The notes under the pieces were generated by a model, which was given only the letters and a program-made list of their open reading frames with translations, did no database searches and had not been told where the DNA came from. DNA of 64,000 nucleotides from Octopus sinensis (Eukaryota): contig NC_043002.1 of NCBI RefSeq assembly GCF_006345805.1, positions 48,794,001 through 48,858,000 of the forward strand, given 5' to 3'. Of the stretch, positions 14,674 through 26,878 are shown piece by piece (the stretch's first letter is position 1; each line of letters starts with the position of its first letter). A program made the position numbers and the translations under genes.

Positions 14674-14932
14674 GACACACACACGCACACACACACATGC
14701 ATGCACGTACACACACACATGCACGCACGCACCCCCACACACACTTGCTCAGAATAGAAGCTTATATTTAAAACTGTCTCTTTTCTTTAACAGAACATAC
14801 TTATTGTAAAATTAGTAAACTTATTAACAGTAAATGTTAGTTGACTATCCAATCCACAGTTAAAGAAAATGAAATATAAATATGTATACACATATCATGA
14901 TTTTTATACATCCATACACACACACACATGCA

Positions 14933-14974
<42 letters not shown>

Positions 14975-15640
14975 TATATATACATATATAGATGGATGGA
15001 TGGACGGACGGACGGATGGATGAACGGAGAGACAGATAGACAACAGACAGACAGACAGATAGATAACAGCAAATTTATTTCACTCAGTCAACTTTTAGCA
15101 TTTATTATTTATCAATACAGATCATTGCTAATTTCTTTGAATTCTATCATATTACTCTAATGAATGAGTTAGTCTGGAGGTTGGTTCAACCTTGAGCTAC
15201 AGTTCTAGACTATAATAGTAATTATAACAGCAATTGTTATCTAATGTAAAACCTAAAAACAATTACTACAACTGAGTGCTAACATTAGAAATAACATGAC
15301 AAAAATAAGTGCTATATATCAAGTGAAAAGAAGAGAATGGATTATGAAATGTGGAAGTATAATGTTAAATGGATAATGTTAATTATTTTATCCTTCTCAT
15401 CATCATTATTGTTTTACTGTCCACTTTTCCATTCTGGAGTTTATTGAGACAGATTTTCTATGGCTGGATGCCATTCTTGTTACTAGCCCTTGTTTTATAT
15501 CCAAGCAGGGTAGTATTTTCCCAGTCAGGCATGCTTGTGCAGAGTATTGGTAATGAACACCACCGCTTGTATGATAGTGACTCTCATTTACAATTATCAT
15601 GCAATGTCAAGATAAAGAGACTCAACATGCATAGATGCAC

Positions 15641-15680
<40 letters not shown>

Positions 15681-15733
15681 AAACATGCACATGCATATAT
15701 AAATGCATGCATAGATGAGTGAGTATGTATGTG

Positions 15734-15764
<31 letters not shown>

Positions 15765-16294
15765 CAAAGACAGATTTCTTTCCATTTCTGTCAACCAAAT
15801 CTGCTCAGAAAACTTTGACTGTCATGGGGCAAATGTAGAAGACACTTGCCCAAGGTGCCACACAGTGGGACTGAACCTGAAACCATTTTGTTGGGAAGGA
15901 AACTTCTTACCTACATAACCATGCCTGAACCTTCTTGCCTACACAGTTGCACTTACACCTTTTACAAATTTTTTCTTGTCTTTATGTCTAATGTTACATA
16001 TGTATGTTGAAGGTTGATGCTTTCATCACCACCATGATTTTATATCCTCTTTTCCATGCTAATTGTTAGTTTTATCTTGCAAATTTATCATCACCAACTT
16101 TATATGGCTTTGCACTTCAAAAAAATAATTCAAAATAAAACATAAACACAACCATTCACATTATTGCTTACATAAAGTCTTTTGTGAGGATGATTTGATT
16201 GGAAAGAAATCTGAACATAATATCAGATAAGTGTAAAGCACACACCACTATACCCTATTCAGGTGAAGGGTCTTGTGTTTTCAGGTACTTGGTA

Positions 16295-16500
16295 AGTTCA
16301 CCAGTGATGGTGCTATGAAAAAAAGTACAGTACACTCTGAAGTGGCTGGCATTCAAAAGGAAATCCAGTAATAGAAACCATGCCAAAACTGACTTTGGAG
16401 TTCAGTGTAGGCCTCTGACTCATCAGTCCATGTCAAACTCTCCAACCCATGTCAGCATGGAAAAAGGAACATTAAAGGATGGTAATGATGATGATGATGA
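16295..16500 (+). mobile_element. SINE-like family C
   Basis: Ends CCAACCCATGTCAGCATGGAAAA...GATGATGATGATGA. Confidence 0.65.
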
Positions 16501-17065
16501 ATTAGAAACTATAGTATGAATGCGATCAACAATGTTGATCAATGCTGGCCAAAATGATTGAATTATCTAGCAGCACCAATATTTACTTTATCAATATGAA
16601 AAAGATGAAAATCTAGGTTGATCTTGGTAGAATTTGAAATGTGAGCCTAATACAGAGTTAGATGATTCTTGTCTGCTATGATCAGTGTATGTACTTTTAT
16701 GCACCAAATGCCTATATGAGAGGTTCTCTCAAGGCTAATAATGCAGTATTTGGTGTTCTAACAAGACATCTACATGAAATTGGACATAAATATTGCCTAT
16801 AAGCAAATATTTGGTTATGTTGATATGCTAAGCTGAAGTCCTCCTCTGCTCATGTCAGTAGCATTTATGCACATTGTAATCCAGTGGAAGGAATTCTTTA
16901 TGCTATGTGCATTGTGTCCCTACCCACCACTTGACAACTGGCATTGGTTTGTTTATGCATCCATAACTTAGTGATTCTGCAAAAGAGACTGATTCCATAA
17001 ACATCAGACATAAAAATATAAGTACTGAGGTCAACTTGTTTGACTAAAACCCTTTAAAGTAGTAC

Positions 17066-17367
17066 TTTACTTGTACTTGTACTTGTGACGGCGTTCACCT
17101 AGGGCAGGTTGAGCCGGCTTCTTCTCTGGTCCTAACGGCGTCACAAACCATGGCGGCCCACACTCGATGGTGCTGTGCGAGGTCACTGGACATTGCGAGC
17201 CATTCGCAGTTCCATCTGCACAGACTGACCACCTGCGGACCTGAGAGTTCGGAGAGGTGCTCCTTTATCGTTGTTGCCCAGGTCTTCAGCTGCCCACCCC
17301 TGCGTTTGTGCCAGCTGGGAAGTGGAGGTGGGAGGAGGACATCGCGAATCAGCTCACCCTCTGGAAT
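17066..17367 (-). mobile_element. young RTE-clade LINE 3' fragment with 15-bp TSD
   Basis: TSD CCTTTAAAGTAGTAC at 17051-65 and 17368-82. The minus strand reads PPPLPSWHKRRGGQLKTWATTIKEHL...DLAQHHRVWAAMVCDAV...AGSTCPR*, with a (CAAGTA)n tail. Inserted inside a SINE. Confidence 0.88.
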
Positions 17368-19028
17368 CCTTTAAAGTAGTACCCCAGCATTACCACAGTA
17401 CAATGATTGAAACAAGTAAGAGATAGAAAGGTAGGTAGTAAAATGATGATGATAGATTAAGCATATATGATCAAGTATATATAAAATGTTGAATGTAAAT
17501 AATTGCATTGAACAAGAAGATGAATAGATTTACATAAAGTCTAAAAAGTCTGAAGTATTAGAAAGAGGAAGAGTGTTAGCACAAGTTGCTAAATCACCAA
17601 AAATGGTGTCGGTAGAGAAAAGTAATGCAAATTGATCTGAATTCTTTCTTTCCACTGAGTGGAAGCATTTGAATGTATTCAGAATGAAGATTAATAAAGC
17701 TATTTTACCTTTTCATTCATTACTTGTACATTTCTTTACTTTTTCACATTTTTACGAGTTTGGTTAATTAAGGAAGAATGTATTTGTAGCTGCTTTCTTG
17801 TTTAGCATCTCTTGAATGAATGGATAATACATACACACACACCATTATGTATGTGTGAGCGTGTTTATATATATATATATATATACATACATGTTGAACT
17901 GATCAAATATTCAATTAGATATATTTGAATTATTATCCAAAATCAGGTAATATATTAGCATTCGTTAACAGCCAGAATCTGCTTCATGAATTGTAGAATT
18001 AATTTGTAATTAATCAAGAGTTTTGGCTGCAGAATTAAGATAGCCAGAAAATTCACATTTGTTTGAATTATCTAAGAGTTCTCATTAACAAAAAAGAAAA
18101 AAAAAAAAGAAAAGCAAAACAAGAAAAAAGCCTAAAAATAGCAAAGCAAATTATATTAATTTGGATTTGAAATAAAAATTATCCAGATTGTGAAACACAT
18201 TCAGGAGCAATGCAAAAATTATTTGAAGGATGATGCTGGAAATTTCTATACTTTGGTATCATACATTGGCCTATGAAAAGTTTTTACTCACATATTCATT
18301 TTTAACTTTTTCTAATTAGATATGTTTTCTATTCTTTGTAGATACAGGCATAAATTTGATTGAGTTTTTAGATTAATTGTAATTCAATTTGATATAACAC
18401 AATGAAAACCATTGGGGGGAAAAAAAAAGATGTTGAATTTGTATGTGAGCAAATCATCTGCTGGTATCAGTGTAGGGAGTCCAATAAAAGAAACAACTGA
18501 AGTTTTTGAGCTCAATATCTAAAAATAGAAGGGCCATGGGAATGGGAACTGTAGTGAGTGAGTATATTAGTTTATGTTATGACCATAAAGAATTAAAGTT
18601 TCTGGGTCCAAATAAATGGGGCTTACCAATGTAATGTGTATATACATGTATGTTTGTATGTAGTGTGTGTGTGTGTGTGAGTGTGTGCACGCACGCATGT
18701 GCAAATTATACCCCAAGAATGATGGAAAGTTATACTGATTGAAAGGTAGTATGGGTGGAAAAATAAAAGACTGAAGTTATGGTGTGAGAAAGAAAAAGAC
18801 AACAAAGAAGAAAAAACAACAAACTCAAGCACCATCCTAATTTGATTTTCCTTCCTCTTAGCATTTTGACACTTTGTATGTAATAAATAAATATACATTT
18901 TTTTTTCATTTTTCCATTCTTCTCCAACAAAGCCTCCAGCTCAAAACATTAGATTCCTCTTCTACATTAAAAAAATATAATTTATTCCATTCTGTGAACT
19001 TTTAGCATTTATTATTTATCAATGTATT

Positions 19029-19590
19029 AAGGTAGTGAGCTGGCAGAAACGTTAGCATGCCAGGTGAAATGCTTAGCGGTATTTTGTCTGCCGCAACGTT
19101 CTGAGTTCAAATTCTGCTGAGGTTGATTAAATAAGTACCAGTTATGCACTGAAGTTGATATAATTGACTTAATCCGTTTGTATGTCCTTGTTTGTCCTCT
19201 CTGTGTTTAGCCCCTTGTTGGTAGTAAAGAAATAGGTATTTTATTTGTCTTTATGTTCTGTGTTCAAATTCCACTGAGGTCAACTTTGCCTTTCATCCTT
19301 TTGGGGTCGATAAATTAAGTACCAGTTGCATACTAGGATTGATCTAATCGACTGGCCCCCTTCCCCACAAAAGTTTGGGCCTTGTGCCTATAGTAGAAAA
19401 GATTATTTATCAATGCATGGTGGTATTTCATCCATTTTCACTCTGTGAGTTCAAATTCTGATGCAGTCAACTTTGCCTTTCATCCTTTCAGTGTCAGTAA
19501 AATAAGTACCAGTTGAGTACTGGTGTCAATGTAATCAACTATACCCCTCCCCCAAATTTCAGGCCTTGTGCCTATTGTAGAAAGGATTAT
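19029..19590 (+). mobile_element. SINE family B, tandem or multimeric cluster (three units)
   Basis: Head AAGGTAGTGAGCTGGCAG...GAGTTCAAATTC and core GTCAACTTTGCCTTTCATCCTTT.GGGGTCGATAAA.TAAGTACCAG. Units lie at about 19029-19235, 19235-19405 and 19420-19590. Confidence 0.8.
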
Positions 19591-19999
19591 TCTTCAATGC
19601 ACACCATTGCTAATGAGTGAATTAGTCTGAAGGTTGGTTCAACTTTGAGTCGCAATTGTAGATTATTAGTAATCTTGTTTACTATTGGGGTTTAAACCAT
19701 CAACCTTGAGCCTTTACATAATTATTCAAGGAGCCTCTATATAGTTACTTTAGATTGCTTGAAATAACTAGCTTAAAAAAGGAATCAGATAGTGGATAAT
19801 GTAATCCTGGACAGAGTGCTTGAAAATAAGATAAGATTGTCATTGTTGGAATGCCTTTAATCATAGGTCTGATCATACAGAGCTCATCTGGGATTAAACA
19901 GCAACAATGACATTCAAATTGTATTTAAAAATCTATAATGCAATAAGAGATGGAGATAGCAGAGACAACAGAGCTTTGAAGTAGATTGTTTCTGAGTTC

Positions 20000-20068
<69 letters not shown>

Positions 20069-20299
20069 TGTGTGTAGGTGCGGGCATGGCTGTGACAGTC
20101 ATAGGTGTGGCTGTGTGTTTGAGAAGTTTACTTCCTAACCACAAAGTTTTGCATTCAGTCATACTATATGACAACTTGGTAAAGTGTTTTCTACTTTTCC
20201 AAGTTATCAGATAGCCTTGAGCCAATCAAAGTGAATTTGGTAAATGGAAACTTATGAAGCCCCTTGTAAATACATACATATTTGCCAGCTTGCCTGCCT

Positions 20300-20410
20300 G
20301 TCTACCTACCTACCTACCTACCTGTCTGCCTGCCAGCATACCTACCTACCTACCTACCTACCTACCTACCAACCTACCAACCTACCAACCTACCTACCTA
20401 CCTACCTACC
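20300..20410. repeat. (CTAC)n tetranucleotide repeat
   Basis: Read directly from the sequence. Confidence 0.9.
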
Positions 20411-20440
20411 TAACTCTCTCTCATTCTCTGTATATATATA

Positions 20441-20552
20441 TCTGATGGCTGAATAACAGAAGAGATGGCAGTGTGGATTTCCATCTCGGCATCTGAAACT
20501 CGGAGTTTTGTCATGGCTACCAAATAATTGTCATATATTACATTTACAGATA
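20441..20552 (+). mobile_element. solo hammerhead-bearing mini-element, same family as 39714-39825, core mutated
   Basis: Reads AATAA-CAGAAGA-GATGGC...GGCATC-T-GAAACTCGGAGTT, followed by a ~45 bp tail homologous to 39777-39820. The core is CAGAAGA instead of CTGATGA. Flanked by (TA)n on both sides. Confidence 0.65.
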
Positions 20553-22145
20553 TATATATATATATATTTATATACTCACACACACACAGAGTTTTCATTA
20601 TTGATCAAAATTTAACTGTGATTTTATGAACATGTAAAATATATGGATGCTTAGTACAAGGTGTCTGCCATAACAGTGAGATCAAGACTGCTTCAAGAAG
20701 AAATACCTTAGACCTAATTAACACTATTGACCTTCATCAGGTGAGATAACATGGTTATCTATTGCAGCTATATAAAATCATGCTTGTAGAGAAAAGTGGT
20801 TGTTAAAATGATGATGATGATTATACTTTCAATTTAATAGATATGTTTAAAAATATGAAAAGATTAATAAAATATTCAAAATTCTTATTTGTTAAAGTTT
20901 ACAGAGTTTCTTAATGATTTTTAATTTATTAAGATTTTTAGAATAGTCATGTCACTGAATATTTGGACTTGGGATTTGTTTATGTAATTTCCTGGCAATA
21001 ATGTTTGTAGGAATACCTAGGAGGAATTCCATCCAGGCTTTCTTTTAATTGCTGTTTGGTTGCATTAAATAAAAATATTTTTTTGTTAGAAGATAAAAAA
21101 TTCATTGCAATTGTGAAGTATCAAGTGTGTTAATGAAGCAATTTATATCTCAAGTAGATTCAATTTATTTGTTTTATCGAATTTATATAATTTCACAAAA
21201 GTAAGAAATATGATATTGATCAGTTTGATATGAGGACTGTCTAAATATTTCAATACTATTATTCAGAAAATTTAAGTGATACCTTTGAAAAAAAATCTAA
21301 TTTTTGACTTCTTTATTAAGAAGACTGTGATCTAGTAATCCTACCGAACATGATGGTAAACTGAAATAATTTTGGTGTTCAGTTAAGATCAGAGAGTTTC
21401 AAACTTTTGTGTGAAATATTTGTTTGAAAGCTAACAGACAGTTGGAGACAGTCATATCCTAAACAAATCCCGAAAGCAGTCAATTTCTTGCAATTTTGTA
21501 TTTTCTTTGCTTTCAACAATCCTATATCTTACTGAATGAGTGAAGAGCATGTTTACATTTTTATCCTGGACAGGTGTGCAAACAAGCGGGAATTCAGTAC
21601 ATAATGCTTATGACCTCCTCTCTCTATTTGTTCCTTATTGTGTACAAATGTATAAGCTGCTTACTACAGTGGTGGCATGGCTTAAGGATTATTACAAAAT
21701 ACAGCAAGATTAACAGGTATAAGAAAGTAATTATAGATTGCTGTATGCCGCAAGAATAAGAGGTGGCTTTTTTAAAAAACATAGAAGTATTTAAAATTAG
21801 AAATTTAAAATTTCCTTGTGGCTAGATGTGTATTTTAAAAATATTAAATTACTTTAATTTCAAAGATAATTTAATGTAGTAGTGTGAATTTATGAAAACA
21901 TTCAAGGAAGGCTATACTGTTATAATACAGTTACCATTTTTATATTCCATTTGATATTTCAATGTTTGCCTTTTAGTTATAATTTATAGCCAGTGTTTTA
22001 TGAACATATACTTCTTTTACAATATAAGTGTGTCTCTTTATTTCCTATCTTTCTCTTTCCTTCTCTCTCTGTTGTCTGTCAGTTTGTCTCTGTCTATTTC
22101 TCTATCGCATGTGCATGCATGCATGTGAACACATACATACATACA

Positions 22146-22177
<32 letters not shown>

Positions 22178-22230
22178 CTTAGATACTGATCAAAGTGGAA
22201 TACATTGGATTGCTGTGAGGAAATTGGAAA

Positions 22231-22354
22231 ACGACCGCTAACGACCGGTCGTTCACCTCAAATCGACAGGCCTGGTCGGCGTTTGTGAGAGATGCAGCAT
22301 TGAGGATGAATGAAGCCAGCTCAACCCACCCCGTGGTGAATGCTGTAAGAAGAA
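22231..22354 (+). mobile_element. short RTE-clade 3' fragment with 11-bp TSD
   Basis: TSD GAAATTGGAAA at 22220-30 and 22355-65. Reads SNRQAWSAFVRDAALRMNEASSTHP, homologous to the 17066 insertion, with an (AAG)n tail. Confidence 0.75.
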
Positions 22355-22665
22355 GAAATTGGAAAGGTTTAACATTTTGGGAAGAACTAACAAAGTTTCT
22401 TGCCTGAAACTTAAAACTTACCCTCTTCCTTATAGCAAATCAATTTATTTCACTTCAGAACTATTTATACTCACTGCCCACAAACTGCTAACATTGACCA
22501 TCTATAGTATCCTACAGTTTACTTAATTATTTGCATATAGAAAATTATAATAGTAAATATATGTGAACAAATATTTCTATGAGTATTTGATGACATATTC
22601 TTGGAAATATCTACATAGTTATATACATCCACATACCACCCCCACCTATCTTGTATGTTTAAATA

Positions 22666-24612
22666 TGTATGTATGTGCATGACATGTGTATTTCCCAAAA
22701 ATTCCAGATTCAAAAGGCTAGAATTATAGCTGAGAGAGTAAGAAAGATATTAAATTGGGTAAAAAAAGGAGCCAAAATTCAGGAGAGAAATGATGATGAG
22801 TGTGAATTGCAGTGGAATCTACTTTAAAATAAATAGCACAGAAATAATTTATACCAAGAATAAGATGGAGTTCAATAAATTTTAAAGAAATTCATTTCTA
22901 TACTTTAGAGGTAGGTACACAAATGGCTGTGTGATAAAGAAGTTTGCTTTGCAACTACAGGATTTCAGGTTCTGTCTCATTGTGAGGCACCTTGGGCAAG
23001 TGTCTTCTACTATAGGCTCTGAACAACCAATGCCTTGTGAATGAATTTAGTTGACAGAAGTTGTGTGGAAGACTGTTGTACATGCAAGTGTGTGTGTATA
23101 TGTGTGTGTGTGTATGTGTGCATGTGCATGTATCACACACATACACACATATATGAGTCTTTGTAGTTACACTTGCCCTCAACACACACACACTTCTTGA
23201 CAGCTGATATCAGTCTGTTTATGTCCTTGTAACTAAGCATCGGATCAATAGTAAAAAAAACCCTCAAGAATGGACATATTACTGTTGAGTGAGGGTCTAT
23301 TTTAGCTGTAGCATTAGTGTCCCAGGAGAATTAATGATCCTCAATTAATGATTCTCAATTCCCCATCCACTAATTATTTAAACTGTGTCCATTGAGCCAC
23401 AATCTGTAACCAAAGGGGGTCATAGTCACACAGCAATATGTGTTTCATGTATTTTAATAGTCAGTTAACTTGGTGCTGTAGATACTGTTGACTGTTGGTC
23501 TCTCTGTGAAAAACTCTTCCAACCTCCCACAGGTTTTATTTTAAATCCTGTTTGGAGTGTACGCATCATCCTCATTCACTTAATCTATGTAAAGGGCTTC
23601 AGTTCAGTGGTCAGCCAAATCAACCAGACTTTGAGTAAGAAATCAGAATATTCTAAAATTCAAATGCTGTGATAATTACATGGCACTCATGTAAAAAAGC
23701 AAGGAAATATTATATGATGCAGTCTTGGTTCCTGTACATAGGTAGAACATCTAATGATCATAGCTTAAATGTCTTTACTTCATCACAGTTGACCTGGGGT
23801 TAAAGAGCAACAACAAAAACTCTCATAATCTATGCATCACAACGTTTGGAAAATGGCAGAAATAATAATTTTATCAGCAAGTATCTTTTATCTTTTACTT
23901 GTTTCAGTTAATAGAATGTGGCCTTGAAGGGTTTAGTTAAATAAGTCAACTCCTGTATTTATACAAGTCTGGTACTAATTTTATTTGTATCTTTTGCCAA
24001 ACTGCTTAGTTACAAGGACACAAACAGACTGATATCAGCTGTCAAGAGGTGTGTGCATGTTGAGGGCAAGTGCAACTACAAAGACTCATATATATGTGTG
24101 TGTGCGTATGTTTGTGTGATGCATGCATATACATGCACATGCTCACATGCACACACACACGCACATACACACATATATACACACAACTGCATGTACAACA
24201 GTCTTCCACACAACTTCTGTCAACCAAATTCATTCACAGGGCATTGGTTGTCCAGAGCATATAATAGAAGACCCTTGCCCAAGGCACCTCACAATGAGAC
24301 AGAACCTGAAATCATGTAGTTGCAAAGCAAACTTTTTTACCACACAGCCATTTGTGTACTTATAAAGTATAGGAATGAATTTCTTTAAAATTGATTGAAC
24401 TCCATCTTGTTCTGGGTATAAATTATTTCTGTGCTATTTATTTTAAAGTAGATTCCAATACTGCAATTCACACTCATCATCATTTCTCTCCTGAATTTTG
24501 GCTCCTTTTTTTTTTTACCCAATTTAATATCTTTCTTACTCTCTCATCTATAATTCTAGCCTTTTGAATCTGGAATGTTTTGGAAATACACATGTCATGC
24601 ACATACATACAT
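22666..24612. repeat. local inverted duplication (arms about 22666-23239 and 24003-24612)
   Basis: Both arms contain the same unique AT-rich flank plus the same SINE copy with the same idiosyncratic microsatellite linker, in opposite orientation. The spacer is about 760 bp. Confidence 0.85.
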
Positions 24613-25098
24613 TCTCAAATACATGTGCAAGCATACTCATATATACATGCTCAATTTTATTATAAATAATTATGTTGTTATGTAAGCTCTTAACCCTTCA
24701 TAGACAAAACTTACTGAGGTTCTTACAATGAAAAATAAACAAGATGGCAATAATTTCATGAGACACAAAATAATGAGGGTGTTGTTATCTAAAATTCTGA
24801 AAGTAAAATAGGAGTCAGGAAATGCAGAAAAATAAACATTTTCTTGAAAATACCAGCTCTTCTGTCTTTCTAATGCAAAGATGGAAGTTCAATATATTGT
24901 CCTGATTGTTTTCGAAGGGTTAAGATGGAACAGATGCTGAAGCAGTAAAGTGTCATACTAAATTTCATTCTCAAAGATACTGTCCACCACTAGCCAAGAG
25001 TAAATTCTTGTAACCGTTTTTGTCACAAGCCATTGAGGTAGCTTCTATGTAGTGCATCGACCTGTTAGAAACATCTGCTATATTTTCTCAATTCCTAC

Positions 25099-25134
<36 letters not shown>

Positions 25135-26024
25135 TTCAACATTTGACATCCATATTTTGTGCTGGCAAGGGTTGGATGGTTTGACAGGATTCAACAGATC
25201 AGAGGACCATAAAATTCCAATGTTTTTTTCAGCATGGTTTCTGCAGCTGGACAATATTCCTAAAGCCAACCACTTTATAGTGTGTACTGAGTGCTTTTTG
25301 TGTTACTAGTGTTTGTGAGGTTGCCAAGTAGCTCACAAGACAAGACATCCTGATTGAGGGTTTATACTAGGTGTTGAGAGGCAAGAGCATGATAGAGAGA
25401 TAGGAACAAATGTCTTGCTGTAGAGGAGACACATGTTTATGCAAGTGACACATTGAAATGATAAACAGGTGAGCTGGTTGTGGCTACAGCTTAAACACCT
25501 TCGGTTATAGGTCTGCTCAATCTGGTCTAACTTGCTGACTTGGGGGCTAATCTTCCACCGCCACCACCACCACCACCACCACTGTCATCACAAGGACTCC
25601 TATTAATACTATATGAGTCACTGTATTTTGATTCCTCTGTGTAGCATCTGAGTTCAGGTCCTGTTAAAGTCAGCATTTGAATATAGTAAGTACCAAATAT
25701 AATCATGGTTTGAATCTATTAATATTTTTCCTTCCTTTCCTAACAAAAAATTTGGCTTTGTGTCAATGTATTTCTTGAGTTTAAAACATTTTTGTGAAAT
25801 AACAAACTAATTCCCAAGAAGCTTTTTAAAAAGTTTGTCATTGGCTTAAGTGGTAATCTCCTTACCAGGACAAAATTAGTAAAAATAGGTTGTTAAAGAT
25901 CAGAGTTTAAAATCAGGACTGCATCTGCTAATTAGGAATACATGGTAAACAACCACCACCACCACCACCGCCATTATCATCATTTAACATCCCCATTTCC
26001 ATGATTGCATGGATCACATGGAAT

Positions 26025-26602
26025 GGATCACTTCAGTTTGGCTCACAAATTTTTAATTATGTCTTTTTAACTAAACAGTCTGAAACTTCGTATACTGGTG
26101 TAATTTCTTATGCTGAACACGGTTTACTTTCAACATTTTTGACAAAATTACGTATTTTAGAAGTTATTTTGTGCTAAAGTTGTCGTATTTGGGTTAATAC
26201 GACAGTCAACAATAAGTAATCAGCTGAAGAAACCTACTGCTATTTGCAATAATAATCAAAGAGCAACAACTTCTGGGACATATCCTCTAAATGTATTTTT
26301 CAACCACATGTGAATTATTCAGAGTATTCTCATTTAGTAGAGATGACCCGAAAGTTGTTGCTCTTTGATTACTACCACAAACTGCAGTAGGTTTCTTCAG
26401 CTGAATACATATCATTGATTGGTTAAAATTACCCAAATATGATAACTTTAACATGAAATAACTTCTAAAATACGAAATTTTGTCAAAAACATTGAGAGTA
26501 AACCAAGCTCAGTGTGAGAAATTATACCAGTATACGAAGTTTCAAACTGTTTATTTTTTAAAAATATAACTGAAAAATCTGTGAGCCAAACTGAATAGAT
26601 CC
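26025..26602. mobile_element. foldback / long-TIR element
   Basis: Imperfect inverted arms of about 245 bp around a ~50 bp spacer. Ends are GGATC...GATCC. Candidate 8-bp TSD CATGGAAT (26017-24) / CATAGAAT (26603-10). Confidence 0.75.
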
Positions 26603-26842
26603 CATAGAATATGTTTAGATAAAGTTTCTATGGCCAGAGGATTTTCTTCTTGCCATCCCTTATCTGTTTCCAGGAAAGGTAATATTTCTCCGTTGCTAGA
26701 AATATTTTTCATGAAAATGAAAATTAACAACCTTGCTCATATGATGTTGATGCTCATTTACAGCCACCAAAAGATGTCTTGACAAGGGTAACCACAAACA
26801 CACACACATGCATGTGTGTGTATACATACATACATACATACA

Positions 26843-26878
<36 letters not shown>

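Noticed and set aside
20700-20760. Minus-strand CTGATGAAGGTC as a hammerhead core
   Set aside because: There is no paired stem II followed by GAAA at a workable distance.
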